Of a DNA stretch of 64,000 bases, positions 13,118 to 26,695 are shown in pieces. The position numbers were made by a program, and so were the translations under genes. Source of the stretch: Octopus vulgaris (Eukaryota); assembly GCA_951406725.2 (NCBI GenBank), contig OX597815.1, positions 64,790,001 to 64,854,000 on the forward strand, written 5' to 3'. The stretch's first letter is position 1. Each line of letters begins with the position of its first letter. A model generated the notes under the pieces. That model ran no database searches and had not been told where the DNA came from. It was given only the letters and a program-made list of their open reading frames with translations.

Positions 13118-14143
13118 TATAATCGAACTCAGCACTCAACTCACACTAGCGATAATTCTAATTTAAACTCCAAACAACGTATAGGAAATAGGCGAACTAA
13201 TAGAATAGCACACAATAGTAACCCTCCCGACGAGAGCAATATAGATCCTATTAGGAGAAATAGAAGGGATAATAGTAGATTACGCAAATATATATGGTTC
13301 AACATACCTTACAACTTAGCAGTTAGGGGTAAGTTATGTAAGAGAATATTCTCTATAATTTCCAACAACTTCCCACCCACCCACAAGTATAGAAGTATCT
13401 TCTCCAACAAAACTATTAGGATTTCCTACTCTACCCTGCCCAACATGAGCTGCCTCATAGCTAAACATAACTATATTAATATTAGAACAGCTAGATCAAG
13501 AGCAAACCATAGCGACCAACAGAACCCCCCTCATCTAGACAGTAGACAATATAATCAGACTGGTAGCCATACTACCCAAACAGTTAGTAATAACACCCGC
13601 CAACACAACAGAGGAAATACTACACCCATCAACAACCAGGAGGATACCAACGCCCCCACTCGTATTGCAACATCGCCGCCTGGGATTAGCAGCACACGAC
13701 CGAATAATGCAATGCAATGCAACTGCAGATGTGCATCAGAGTGCCCGCTGCAGGGCGCATGTAGGGCGAAAAACGTAATATATTCATGTGAGGTGAGTAC
13801 TCAGTTTAACACACTCACCTATATTGGTTGCTCAACCTCCTGGAAATCCAGATACTACAACCACCGGTCCTCGCTGAGACACAGACATAAGGCTAACAGC
13901 ACCTCCCTCTCTAAAAGAATTTGGGAATTAAAAGACAAATGCATAGGCTTCAAACTCAGATGGTCCATCATCGGATCAGCTGCACCTTATTTAAATAATA
14001 GAGCAGGATGCCAACTATGTTGTGTAGAACTCCTGAACATCTTGAAATTCAAAGACAAACACAATCTTATTAACAAAAGGTCAGAGTTCAAACCATCCTG
14101 TATACACAAACTTATTAATACTTTCAAATACTACAAAGCTTAG
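13118..14143 (+). CDS. Naiad-like PLE thumb/linker + GIY-YIG endonuclease (5'-truncated, RT core absent)
   Basis: Frame is open upstream of the annotated Met: RKYIWFNIPY...FPPTHKYRSIF...ISYSTLPNM, then CNCRCASECPLQGAC, NVIY...YIG, RYYNH, TSLSKRIWELK, CQLC, NKRSE...CIH. Confidence 0.8.
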   Translation, partial: YNRTQHSTHTSDNSNLNSKQRIGNRRTNRIAHNSNPPDESNIDPIRRNRRDNSRLRKYIWFNIPYNLAVRGKLCKRIFSIISNNFPPTHKYRSIFSNKTIRISYSTLPNMSCLIAKHNYINIRTARSRANHSDQQNPPHLDSRQYNQTGSHTTQTVSNNTRQHNRGNTTPINNQEDTNAPTRIATSPPGISSTRPNNAMQCNCRCASECPLQGACRAKNVIYSCEVSTQFNTLTYIGCSTSWKSRYYNHRSSLRHRHKANSTSLSKRIWELKDKCIGFKLRWSIIGSAAPYLNNRAGCQLCCVELLNILKFKDKHNLINKRSEFKPSCIHKLINTFKYYKA

Positions 14144-16041
14144 GTCTTATACCAACTCCCCCATGCAATTTCCTCCCACCCGGTGCAACCTATCGGCTCC
14201 AGCACATCCCGCTTTCCTATATGTGCGTGTATATGCGTATGTGTGTGTGTATGTATGTGTATGTGCACATACGTGTACGTGTGTGTACATATATATATAT
14301 ATATATACATGTGCGTGTGTGTGTGTGTGTGTGGGTGTGTGTATGTGCATATACGGTTCCCTGCATTTTCCTCCTATATATACAAATTTTGTCTCCCATA
14401 TATGACTTCTTTTCCCTAAATATTTCTTCTCCTACACCCATACTCTCCCTATATAGTCTCTTTAATTCCCTATATCTATACCCTTTCACATTTCTAACTC
14501 GGATGTTGAACGCACACCGCCAAACTCCACTTCCCACCCTTCCAATTTTCAGTTCCCCCGCCCGCCCCTACGTTTAACACACACCTCTAACTTTCAACCA
14601 CCTTCATCTCATGTTAAACTTTACCAAATTATATTTTTATCTTATTTTATTTTATTTTTATTTTTACTTTTATTTTTACTTTTATCCTACTTCCATTTAT
14701 TTTTATTTTTACTTTTATTCTACTTCCATTTATTCTCATTTTTATTTTCATCCCTTACCTTAACTCTTATAATTTTTATAATTCTTATATTTCATTTCTA
14801 ACTATTACATTGTATTTCTTATTTTATACTGTATTTTTTATTTCTAATTTTTACCCTTACCCTCGTTCTTACCCCTAACTTATCGCTTTACACCTCTATA
14901 TATGTTTATTTACTTACCTATGGATCCACTTTTTGACTATACGAGCGTCCGCGTACGTGTGTATACGCATACATACATATGCACGCGCATATATGTACAT
15001 GCATATTTCGATATCTTATAGCTATACCCATGTGCGCGTGTGTCTCTGTGTGTGTATGTGAGTGTATATGTGCACGCGCATGCGGACACACAGCCGTGTG
15101 TGCGTGCACGTATAGACATGAGTACGTGACTTTTTACATACGTTCTTATATACATCCTTTAATATCTTATATCTAGACCTAGAGGCGTGGGCATATACGT
15201 GTGTGTATGTAGCGATGGGCGCGCGTATGTACATGTGAGTGTGTACGCGTATAGTGTCCGTGTATACATGCGGATATTCTGTTGTATGTATGTATGTGTA
15301 CGCGCGTGCGTGTGGGCGCGTGTGTGTTTATGTACATGTTTACACGCGAGTGCGTGTGTATGCTTATAGGCTTGGAGGCGTATATGTACGCGGGTATGTG
15401 GGTGTATGTATCCATGATGATATGTATGTACTAGAAGTCCATTTAATTCAAGGAACCAGATTAAATGCTCATCAGCTCTGATTTACAACACATTAGGTCC
15501 CCAGACGAAACTGTTGATTTACTGACAATTCTACAACTAAATTTTATCAATCTCCTGACCACCATGCTTGGTCCGTAACCTCTATACATCCCTTATCTTT
15601 ACATTCTTTTACACTTTTATCATGTTTTTATCATGTTTTTTTACTTTTATTTCTATTTCTATTTTTACTTTATAACCTTATGCCTTTACATTTATTTATA
15701 TTTCTTTATATTTCTTTATATTCTTTATATCCCCTTTACATCTCCTTATAACTCTTTATATCTTTATGCTCTACATTTTTATATTTTTCTATACTTACAC
15801 CTTTTATACATTTTTTATCCCTGGTCCCGAATTCTCGCCCCTCCATCTTCACGTCTATATATGTATTTATTTATTTACATTACCTCAACATCCAGTTTTC
15901 CTCATTCTACATTGAGAGAAGAAAGAGATGGACGCTTCAATTCTATGCTGCTGCCGCATTATGTCGTACGCGAATGAGAGGATTTGCATCCCCAACCAAG
16001 AATTTTTGATGTAACACATGTCCTTGTGGAAGCTGTTGTGC

Positions 16042-16119
16042 GCGGCTGAAGAAGGCCACAGACATACATTATGCATTGTTATAAATCTGTCTAATAAAGG
16101 CCCAAAACATATGTACCGC
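16042..16119 (+). ncRNA. Hammerhead-like motif with mutated GAAA box
   Basis: GCGG-CTGAAGA-AGGCC...GGCC-CAAAAC-ATAT-GTA-CCGC; conserved G12 absent. Confidence 0.6.
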
Positions 16120-16245
16120 TGAATCCTTCGCATCATGTTTTTATTTTATTTTGATCAATTTACTCCACCACCTACACCACCAAACGGTATACACAGGTGC
16201 TTATAATTATCAAGTACTCACCCCGAATTTCTCTCTCTCTCTCTT

Positions 16246-16295
<50 letters not shown>

Positions 16296-16302
16296 ATGCA
16301 TA

Positions 16303-16382
<80 letters not shown>

Positions 16383-16399
16383 CGTGTGTGTGTGTGTAT

Positions 16400-16581
16400 A
16401 AATTAGAAAAATTACATATTATATGTCATTTTTCTAAATGGTATAATTTAATTTTTCATTATTGAATTGATAAAAGGTGTTTTTTTCTAATTTATATATA
16501 TATGTATATATTATATTTGTGAAATTTGATTTAGTATTTCTAAATTGAATTTCCCCTGTAAATTTGGAATAATATTCCCTC

Positions 16582-16585
<4 letters not shown>
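16400..16585 (+). mobile_element. pLTR tail relic homologous to 62395-62470 (inverted)
   Basis: GAAATTTGATTTAG.ATT.CTAAATTGAATTTCCCCTGTAA...ATATTCCCT is shared; (TA)n flanks. Confidence 0.6.
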
Positions 16586-16613
<28 letters not shown>

Positions 16614-16616
<3 letters not shown>

Positions 16617-16854
16617 GGTTGACCAAAAAGTTACCTGACCTATATATCAAAACCATTTAATCCTAAGATAAAACTAAATATTATTTCATATGAGACTTCG
16701 CTAATAAATAGACAAATGTTGAAAAAAAAAACCAATGATTTTAGTGCACAGTATTCAATTATTACACATTCATAATTGGAATGAATAAATAATATTGAAT
16801 ATTAAGTATTTATGGAATTTTAATTTGCTGTCGGGTGAGTTTTGGCCAATCCTG
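16614..16854. mobile_element. Tc1/mariner MITE
   Basis: TA-flanked TIRs CAGGGTTGACCAAAAAGTTACCTGAC / GTCGGGTGAGTTTTGGCCAATCCTG. Confidence 0.7.
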
Positions 16855-16884
16855 TATATATATTTATAAGCGTGTGTGTGTGCG

Positions 16885-17023
<139 letters not shown>

Positions 17024-17229
17024 GTGTGTGTGTATAAGTTCAAATAAAGGTTACAAACGTCATTAAGGGATAATAAATCCAATACCTATTATAAGAAGTA
17101 TTGAATATTATAATTAATATGCAACTGTAAGGTAACTGGATAAACCGAGGTTTATATATATTTTTAAGAAAATAAGAAAATAGAGAGATAGATAAATTAA
17201 TAAATATTTATTAATTATAAAATAGGACA

Positions 17230-17318
17230 CCATCTCTGACAGCTGTTTCGATTCAAGACTTTTAGAAATTAATTAGTATAATTAAAAACAATTTAAAGCT
17301 GTATCTCATCGGAGGTGG
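17230..17318 (-). ncRNA. Hammerhead-like motif (CCGAUGA variant) in a solo pLTR relic (~17050-17460)
   Basis: Minus: CCACCT-CCGATGA-GAT...ATC-GAAAC-AGCT-GTC-AGAGATGG. Confidence 0.55.
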
Positions 17319-17467
17319 CTAAATACATACCATTACATTTTTATGTTCCAGTGCGTTGAGTGTACGACTCAAAACCGTTAACTGATAAATGTTATATAGA
17401 AAGAACATAGTATGAACACTACAAAGAGGAGGAAGGTAGTATATCTATCGAAGTTATTAGACACACA

Positions 17468-18355
17468 CGAGGTGGGTACCCAAAAGAAACTGGAATTTTG
17501 CAATATTATTTTATTCACTTAGTTTTACATTTTTACGCTTTTATCGCCTTCAAAGTGGTCTCCATTTGAAGCAATGTAGCAGTCTAGGTGCGTTTTCCAC
17601 TGTTTGAAGCAGTACTGGAACGCCTTTTAACGCCTTCGTCGATTTTTTTCTTCACTTATTCCACATCTGCAAATTCCGTAGCACCAGCTTTCGTCACCAG
17701 TGATGATCTTCAAAAAAGGGTCCGGATCAACTTCCATCTGCTCTTTCAGTTCAGACACGCATTCAACCGTGACAGCTTTTGATCTTCCGTGAGCAAGCGA
17801 GACATAAATTTTGCTGCAACTCTTTTCATTTGCAATTCCTCGCTTAAAATTCACTTGTTGGAGCTCCAGAACACACTAGTCACATCAACAAGTTCGTCAA
17901 TTGTTCGGTGCCGGTCTTCCAACATCAGTTCGTGTATTTTCATGATTTCTTTCGTTCAGGAAATCGATGATCGTTCTGAACGTGGTTGGTTTTCAAGCGA
18001 GAAGTGATCATTCCTAAAGCGTGAAAACCACTCGTAAACTTGTGTTTTGCTCATGGCAACGTCCTTGTAAGCTGTCATGCGCCTGACAGCTGTTTAGGCC
18101 ACCGTTTTCCCCAGCAGAAACAGAATTTTACAAAAGCACGCTGTTCCTTCCTTTCAGTCATTGCGAAAATCGACAAACAGGGGAGAAGCACTGCAAAGCA
18201 AAGACGCACCAGGTAGTCGTACGACCTCACTCGATGACACCGGTCGGCAGATTAATGCCTGAAGGTCGCATCTAGTGGCTTCTAGTGGCAGAAGCCTGAA
18301 CTACTACGGGCTTGTCCCACAGAGAACATTACCGGTTACTTTGAGTACTTCCTCG
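17468..18355 (-). mobile_element. Internally deleted mariner transposon
   Basis: TIRs CGAGG.GGGTACCCAAAAG / CTTTGAGTACTTCCTCG; transposase relics AYKDVAMSKTQVYEWFSRF and KIITGDESWCYG. Confidence 0.85.
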
Positions 18356-18359
18356 TATA

Positions 18360-18970
18360 TACATAAAATTTTATCTAAATCTACTTTTTATGGAAAAGCC
18401 TTCAGCCCTTCAAAGTTATTTTCGCAATTTATCCAGTATAGCCCTTAAACAAGTAAATAGTATTTTCCTAAACAATAGATCCACTTATTTCAGTTAGTAA
18501 CTAATTCACGAATACACCAACACTAGCGCCCCTGAACGTAATATTACCTGGAAACGCACAAAAGCCCTTTTCAGAGTTATTTACTTTGAATTGTTATTAT
18601 CTCATATCTGATTAGCCTGCTTCACGATTTTAGTATACATACCTTATTAGTATTTTTCTTCCTATGTTCTATATACTCTGGGAACGCATTAAAGCCCTTT
18701 TCGGGGCTACTTTATTTGAATTCTTACAATCGGGTAACTAATTTCGTGTTATTACATAACTGACTTCAAAATTTGGGTATTCATAACTTATTGGGAATTC
18801 CTAAAAACAAGATCCTGTGTAAGACAGTTCGGTATTCTCTGTAAATGCACGAGAACCGTTTCAAGGGCTACATACTTTGTACTGCTTTTATTGAATAAGC
18901 GAAACAATTATGAGAACGGAACCAAGGGATAAGTCCCGCTTTCCCGGGAATTACCGGATACGTCAGCTAG
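18360..18970 (+). mobile_element. Putative non-autonomous Helitron-like element
   Basis: 3' hairpin CCGGGAATTACCGG followed by CTAG; internal ~50-bp direct repeats at ~18548 and ~18680. Confidence 0.45.
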
Positions 18971-19068
<98 letters not shown>

Positions 19069-19703
19069 TGTATGTATTTTTGTGTGTATGTGTGTGTTGG
19101 TGTGTGTGTGTCTGAGAGCGTCTGTTTGTGTGTGTGTGTTTGTGTGTGTGCGTGTGTGTATTGGTATCATGTGATAAAAGACGTGGTTCGCCATTCATCA
19201 CACTAGATATCGGCGTGAAATAACGTTACAGATGTTTATGGCATTCTTACTACAATAAACATTTAATGCTTTCTACACACAGCCATATAAATATGTATTG
19301 CACAGGCTATATATTTTTATATGTAAATTTATGTGTATTATGTATGTATGTATGTATGTATGTATGTATGTATGTATGTATGTATGTATGTATGTATGTA
19401 TGCGTGTATATATGTATATATGTATATGTATGTGTGTATACATACATAAACACATACATACATACATACATACATACATACATACATACATACATACATA
19501 CATAGAAGTACATATTCATACATACCTATATATATGCATATATATCTATACGTATACATATACATTTTCATGTATATATAAGTGTGTATTGCACATACGA
19601 TAATTTTTCAAGTTTGTTTATAAATGTATGTGTGTATATACATGTGTAAATAAATGTATATATGTATGCTTATATAGATGCATACACACACACATATACA
19701 TAC

Positions 19704-19736
<33 letters not shown>

Positions 19737-19774
19737 CATACATACATACATACATACATACATACATACATACA

Positions 19775-19806
<32 letters not shown>

Positions 19807-19834
19807 CATATTCATACATACATACATACATACA

Positions 19835-20352
19835 TGGTGGCTGCCCCCTCGTTATCGAGTATGGCCATTGCACGAAGCTTAATCAATGTTGTTATCGTGC
19901 AATGCCTCTGCAAGAAGATATTTTTTTAAGTGAGGAAAGGCTGTGCACTGAGTCAATCCCACTCACTAAACAACAGCAGCCATAATCCGAAAAGAAAAAC
20001 AAGTCAACATCATCGGTAACCACTGAGCCGCAGGTTTTATGTTGGAGTTATCCCAGTTACCTGAGTTGCCTTCTCCTAGAAGGATTCCCTGACAAAGGCT
20101 AGGAGTTCTTCACTCCCAATGGTTTAACTGCGCGATCGGGTATTCAATCCGATTATTTCTATGTCCCCGCGCATGATACAGCTTTAAGACATTTATTGGA
20201 TGGCCGTTGACTCTCAAGAGTTCCTCCGCCCTTTGACGGGTTTTGTTTTTCATCCCGCAGGGTGACCAATAAACACCCTCCTCACCAAGCGAGCTTGGTG
20301 GGGTTGCCGGTTTAGTCGCCGACGACCCGACCGTGCAACAGGTAGTACTGGG

Positions 20353-20356
<4 letters not shown>
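19835..20356 (-). mobile_element. RTE-derived bipartite non-autonomous retroelement
   Basis: Minus strand has RTE 5'UTR-like CTAGCCTTTGTCAGGGAATCCTTCTAGGAGAAGGCAACTC and ends CTCGATAACGAGGGGGCAGCCACC(ATGT)n; no ORF; (TACA)n on both sides. Confidence 0.5.
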
Positions 20357-20383
<27 letters not shown>

Positions 20384-20419
20384 CATACATACATACATAC
20401 ATACATACATACATACATA

Positions 20420-20741
20420 CACACACACATACAAATCAGAACTAAAATTAGGAAAACAACTAAAGTCAAGAGGACGCACACAGGATATATTAGCCTGACG
20501 CTGAGAGAAAGTTTAAGATTTAGAAAAAGAGGGTGTGTGACTTTTCGAGCATAGTTCTTTGTCAGAAAGAAGGAACAGGAAGAAGTCCAGGGAGAAAGAA
20601 AAGAGTAGTCTGAGAAAAGCACGTGTGTCGTTACATGGCTGAAAAGTAACTGACCGGAAATGAAGAGAGAGACAGAGAAAGTGATCTTTTGAAGACAGGA
20701 GAGTGCAAAAATGACTAATGTGTGTGTGTGTGAGTATGTAT

Positions 20742-20784
<43 letters not shown>

Positions 20785-21410
20785 CATGTGTGTGTGTGTG
20801 TGTGTGCGTTTGTGAGCATGTGTTTGAGTTTTTGAGGGAGGGATGTGAACAGGTTAGTAGCAATAGTTATATTTAGTGGTGGACGACATGTGATCGAGGG
20901 GCGTGTACGTGTGTATGAATGCGTGTGTACGTATGTGTGTGTGTTTGTGCATGTGCGAGAACATGCATGTGCGAGAACATGCATGTATGTGCGCGTGACG
21001 GTGTAGGTGAAGAGATTTTGTACATGCTAGGATATGGAAATGTATGTGTGCGTATGTGCACGGCAGGTATGTATATAGTATGTGGCGTGTGTAAGTTATG
21101 TATATGGGTGTGTGGAAATGCGTGGAAGATAAATTTAAAATGAAAAATTAAGAAAATTACAAGTCAAAAAATAATAATAGCTAAAATTTAAAAAATTAAG
21201 AAATAAAAAGCAAAAGGTAAAATAAAATTTTTAAATGGAAATCAGGGTGGAGGCGCTATAAAGAAGGAGGTGGATGTTAAATCCAAATGGTATATGAGTT
21301 CGTAGGGGGAAAAGGTAACGCTATTCTTGGTGAAGTCTAGTGATGATGGTTCCATGGTGAAAGGCCAGACCGAAGACATTAACGTGTTTGGTGGAGTGGC
21401 TGATGTATGG
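20420..21410 (-). mobile_element. Degenerate PLE 3' end (endonuclease C-terminus + pLTR)
   Basis: Minus frame HSTKHVNVFGLAFHHG...RLHQE*RYLFPLRTHIPFGFN; decayed hammerhead CTGACAA-AGAAC-TAT-GCTC-GAAAAGTC at ~20535-20570. Confidence 0.55.
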
Positions 21411-21539
21411 GCACGTATATGTGCATGTGTGTGTTTGTATTTGTATGTGTTTTGTGGTTCTGTTAGTTTAAACGAATCGTGTAAACTATCGAAAGAGTAG
21501 AACTCAGAGCCACGACTCAAGAAGCTTATAATAAAGGTT

Positions 21540-21764
21540 TCAAATTCTGGTAGAAGGCCAGCAGGTTTGGAGGAAGGGATAATTCGATTACACTGACCCC
21601 AATGCTCAATTGGTACTTACTTTATCGACTCTGAAAAGGGTCGATAAAATAAGGCAAAGTCGACCTCGGCGGGATTTTGAACTCAGAACGTAAAGACAGA
21701 CGAAATACCGATAAGTATTTTGCCCGGCTTGCTAACGATTCTATCAGTCCGCCGCCTTAAAAAG

Positions 21765-21856
<92 letters not shown>

Positions 21857-22062
21857 CATTTCTACTTTAGGCACAAGGCCTGAAATTTTAGGGGAGCAGA
21901 CTAGTCGATTACATCGCTCCTAGTGTTTCGCTGGTACTCATTTTATCGACCCCGAAAGAATGAAAGGCATAGTCGACCGCGGCAGAATTTAAACTGAGAA
22001 CGTAAGGACGAAATACCATTAAGCATTTCGCCCAGTGTTCTAACGATTCTGCCAATTCTGCC
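21540..22062 (-). mobile_element. Two Meta-type SINEs separated by (AAT)n
   Basis: GGTACT.A.TTTATCGAC.C.GAAA...AAGGCA.AGTCGACC at 21610-21690 and 21930-22000. Confidence 0.7.
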
Positions 22063-22064
22063 AA

Positions 22065-22437
22065 TTAGTGGCTGACGATATGTGCATCTCTGACCAAGAG
22101 CAGAAGTAGTGGGGGAGCATCATAGCCGTGTGTTGAAAGGAATTCTTAGAGGTTTGGATAATTCACCTTTAGAAATATGGGTGGTTCGTTCAACATCCTT
22201 AAACAACCCTTATTCAGGGACCTTTTGCACGGGATGGGCTACTCGACCAGAGGAAATTTCTAACTGGACCCCACCTGCAAGGTCATGTGCTGTTTATGAG
22301 ATCACCATGTCGCGCACATATGGTTGTGATGCATGTGCCTAGCGTACCGTTATCAGACGGGTAGTCATGATGGGTATACTGGGCTTCATATATTTTACCC
22401 CAGTGTCACTTTGATGGCATACACTGCTCTACCACTC

Positions 22438-22440
<3 letters not shown>
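22065..22440. mobile_element. Partial copy of the (AAT)n-associated ~560-bp element
   Basis: Highly similar to 51285-51665 and 51900-52283; ends ACTC(AAT)n. Confidence 0.75.
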
Positions 22441-22479
<39 letters not shown>

Positions 22480-22869
22480 CTCTTTATTAACCAGTTTGGG
22501 TTTACAAACAGATCGCTGACGGTACGGGGTGATACAATACAATGCAATAATACTTAACCCAAACATTATAAGTATATTTAATCATGCGCTAAACGTGCGC
22601 TACTTCCATGAAGAAGCCCCTGAGAAACATTTCCCAGTGAAGCCTATGATAGGTCAGTTTGCTTAAACACAATGATTACTCGCATGAAAAACGTAAATAC
22701 TTCACTACATCGACCCTCATAAATGCGTTCTTTTTCTCTTTCTCTTTCTCTTCCTCACTGTCATTTTCTATCTTACTCCATTCCCGGGTGTATTTTTGAT
22801 AATTTTCCTTTTGACTTTTTACATAGGAATTCTTCATAGAGCTATTTTCATGCATCTCTCTCTCCCCCC

Positions 22870-22950
<81 letters not shown>

Positions 22951-22954
22951 TATA

Positions 22955-23770
22955 CAGGGTGCATAAGGTATTTGAGGACATACCATTTTGGGATCATTGC
23001 TGCATTTTTTTTTTGCCTACTCTGTATAAGCTTTGTGTCAGAAAATAATAATTGCAGACCCTCTGCTTACTCAAGAAACAAAGAGGCATGCTGTTATTGT
23101 GGTTATAAAGGCTGAGCATAGCGATTTAGAAATATCTCGATTTTTAAAAGTTGCTAGCTCTTTTGTCTACAAAGTTTGTAAAGAGCTAGAGACTGAAGAC
23201 GGCAACGTATCACCAGTATCAAAGTATAAAAAACATTCTAAACGCTCTGAAATCATCATAACACCTGACTTTATCCAGCAAGTTCAACAGACCATTGACA
23301 ATCCTAGAAAGTCCATGAGGTCAATTGCAAAAGATCTCCATGTTCAAGAAGGAACAGTCAGAAATGTTGTCTACGAAGAGATCAGATATAACTCTTATAT
23401 TATGAGAAAAGGTCAATCTGTCAGAAAAAGCAAACGAAAATAACTACATCAGATCTAAAAGGCTCTTAAACAAAATGAAAAATCCAGTATAAGATTTGAT
23501 TTGGTTTTTCACAAACGAGAAAACCTTTGACCAAGATCAAAAAGTTGACAGAAGAAATGACAGATGCTTATGTGAAGACCCTTCTGAAGTGCCAAGTGTT
23601 ATGCATACAAAATTTCCTGCAACTGTCATGGTTTTAGGGATTGTCATCAATGAAGGACATGTGATGCTTCCATACTTTCTTTCCACAAGGCCTTACAGTT
23701 AACTCTGCCGCCTACATTGCGGTCCTAGAAATAATTAAGCCCTGGGTAGACAGTGTATGCAATGGAAGGC
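22955..23770 (+). mobile_element. Tc1/mariner-superfamily (maT/DD37D-like) transposase relic
   Basis: TA-CAGGGTG start; HTH NPRKSMRSIAKDLHV; WFFTNEKTFDQDQKVDRRNDR...TKFPATVMVLG. Confidence 0.8.
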
Positions 23771-24020
23771 CATATTTTTTCATCCTCCTTCTTCTATCTT
23801 AGTATCGGACCCTTCACACGGATTTCATTTTTGCACTATCACCCACTTTTCTACAAAGGGAGCACTTTTGCTGCAAAAGGAGCGCTTTTCTCTCCACCCT
23901 CACTTTTCTTTTCAAATGAGACTTGAAAAGGTTGATGAGGTTTTGGCCAAAGAGGCAAATGTCTACTTCAGCCCCTTCAATCCGGTCTACCAGATAAACT
24001 CTTTCACTAAGCCCACATGA
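23770..24020 (-). mobile_element. Tx1/L1-like LINE C-terminal fragment
   Basis: GQNLINLFKSHLKRKVRVERKAL, homologous to 6077-6259. Confidence 0.55.
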
Positions 24021-24229
24021 CAGATAAACATTGCCTCGAGGAGACTGTGACCCACTTATATTGAGAGTGTTAAAACGTGATACAGAAATAATACAATAAC
24101 ATAAGCAAGACAAAATTATATGAGTTATTTACTGGTAATTATATAAAGCGCACAGTGTAGAACCATCCGGAAAATGGTGTAATTATAGAGTAGTAAAAGT
24201 TCTGAAAATGACGAGGCAGAAATTCTTTT

Positions 24230-24940
24230 TAAAAAATCATAATAATCCGAGTTAAATGCATGTAACAAGGTGTTAGCCATAAATTCCTTAACAGTTCCGT
24301 TTCTTTTTTACAGTTTCAATGTGTTGAACTGGAATATGAGCGAAATAAGAAAGATTGACAGGAAAAATCCGCAAGCTGCTGACGATGCACCATCCAAAGG
24401 TAGATGCAGATCGCCTTTACCAACCTATATGTATCTGTGCACCTGTGTATACATGCATATGTACATACATACACACATATATACATATGTATGTATATAC
24501 AAATATATATGTATATACATTTATATAAATATATATGCTTATGCATGCATATATATGTATATACATATACGTATATATGCAAAAAAGAAACGGAACTACT
24601 AGGGAGGTCGGGGCTTGATCCAACCTGAAATCTCTTACAAAATTACCACAAATGGACGGGCAAAATATTTTGAAACATCTAACGACTGGATGCTAAAGCT
24701 CGTTGAAAACCACGAAAGACGTGAGAACCTTCAGTCTGTTATGAAGGAGAACAAAAAAGTGAGTTTATGCATAATACCCAGGTTTAATAACATGATGGAA
24801 ATACGGCAACTGGAGTTGCAAAGAAGGTGAAATCAATAGCAAAGCAAAATGCGTTTGAACAATTGGCTGATAGTGGGAACAAAGACCTTTGCATGACAAA
24901 TATCTGGCCCATAGCAAACAATCTGATGTAGACCAGAAGC
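24230..24940 (+). mobile_element. R4/Dong-like non-LTR retrotransposon relic
   Basis: [25 protein letters not shown]...GGRGLIQ motif, interrupted at 24426-24585. Confidence 0.65.
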
Positions 24941-26260
24941 ACACTCATCAGTGGCTACGGAGCTCGCGGTTCTGTAGGGTAGTTAAGAAGAGGAAGTGAC
25001 GGTATGTGTGTGCACGTTCAGGAGTATATTGCCTATTGATATAAGTATAAGGGGAGACGTGTGTATCATGAGGTGATGTGTGTAGAAGTGTGCAGGTCTG
25101 GAAGTGTATTGGCGTTGGATCGTGGGGTGTAGTTGTATTGTGTGCAAGGAAAGCATGAAGAGAGGAAATGGCAGCAGACGAAAGTTTGAATTGAAAGCGA
25201 AGGCAAGTAGATTGTGGATGGCGAGATAGAAATGTATACAAAGATATAGGGGGGAAGGTGCTGTTGGGAGAGAAGTGACAGAAGAATACAAGAAATATGA
25301 AAAAAGATAAATTTGAATAAAACGTTGGTGAGAAAAAAAGTTATTTTATTATTGGGGCATATGCTGGAGGAGGGCAAGATGAAGGCGATAGAAGAGTGTA
25401 TGCATGTGTCAGAATGTAAAGCGTAAAGCATATAAGCGGAAGGAAGAGGAGAAGAAAATATAAAAGTGAAATATGAAAAGGAAGAAAATTGAAAAAAAAA
25501 ACAAAGGAAAAAAGAAGATGGGATAAAAAGTAGGAACAGGAGAGGAAAGATGTGAATTCAGAGAGATAAAAAATACAATAAAACACTGGTGAAAAAATAT
25601 AATTGTAGTGAAAAGTCTGTGGAGGTTACACAACTGGTGCAAAATACGGATAGGTAGAAGCTGATAAACTTAAAGTAAACAAAAGAGCTGTAGGCACGTG
25701 AAGGAGTTTTTGCAGCGTTTATAACAGACGAAAGAAAAACAGAAACAAAATGTTTTTAAAGCATTTTCAGACAGAAGTATAGAGTCCCAAGAGAGGAAAG
25801 ATGAAAAATAACGATTTCTAGTGGGGAAATTACGCAAGGGTGGGGCAAAAAAGGCAAAGAGGGTTCAGTTGAAAGGTGTAGCGTAGCAGAGCAAGGTAGA
25901 GTCTGGTGGTGAAGAAAATAAACTTGTAGGAAGAAGAACACAATCTATTTCACTCTGTTCCTAGCAGAACTTGCAGTTATAACACTGCACGCATAAATAA
26001 GCACACACTTATATACAGGCATTTTTGCATATGCATACATTTATGTGTGTGTGTATGTGCGTTTGTGTGCGTGCGAGTGTGCACGTTTGCATCAGCTCTA
26101 TGATTTATACGTTCATACACATATACCTACATACATACTCATATATATCTACCTAAATATTTATATCCTATATATATATATATATATATATATAAACAGA
26201 CATATATAGATATATATGGATATATGTGTGTGCGCGTGTGTGCGTGCCAGCGTGTGTATG

Positions 26261-26319
<59 letters not shown>

Positions 26320-26658
26320 ATGTATGTATGTATGTATGTATGTATGTATGTATGTATGTATGTATGTACGTATGTATGTATGTATACCGGGCCCCGTTGT
26401 AATTGGCTTGTATATGAAATTAGGAATATAGAATGTATATCTGGAAGATATACCACCATTTAAATAAATTTTCTTATAATTATTGTGTACATTACGTATT
26501 CATACACTTATACAAGATACAAATTGCATTTGTAGGTGTGTGCATATACGTGTGTATAGATGCATGTGTGTGCAATGTTGAAATAAATAAATATAGATCA
26601 AGTACACAAATATATGTTAATGTTTATGCATACGTATATATTAATTGTACAATATATA

Positions 26659-26695
<37 letters not shown>

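Larger units (their letters stand above)
13091..16230 (+). mobile_element. 5'-truncated Naiad-like Penelope-like element
   Basis: Endonuclease ORF, ~1.9-kb low-complexity 3' UTR, pLTR with hammerhead-like motif, 27-bp inverted copy of pLTR sequence at the 5' end, microsatellite flanks. Confidence 0.8.

Noticed and set aside
13445-14143. Selenocysteine recoding as reported for some Naiads
   Set aside because: No in-frame TGA; all Cys positions use TGY.
20280-20356. HDV-like ribozyme at the RTE-like 5' end
   Set aside because: Could not build the nested double pseudoknot by eye; needs a descriptor search.
24940-25960. Additional decayed PLE 3' region with CTGATGA on the minus strand at ~24950
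   Set aside because: Only half a hammerhead and weak protein similarity; not supportable.
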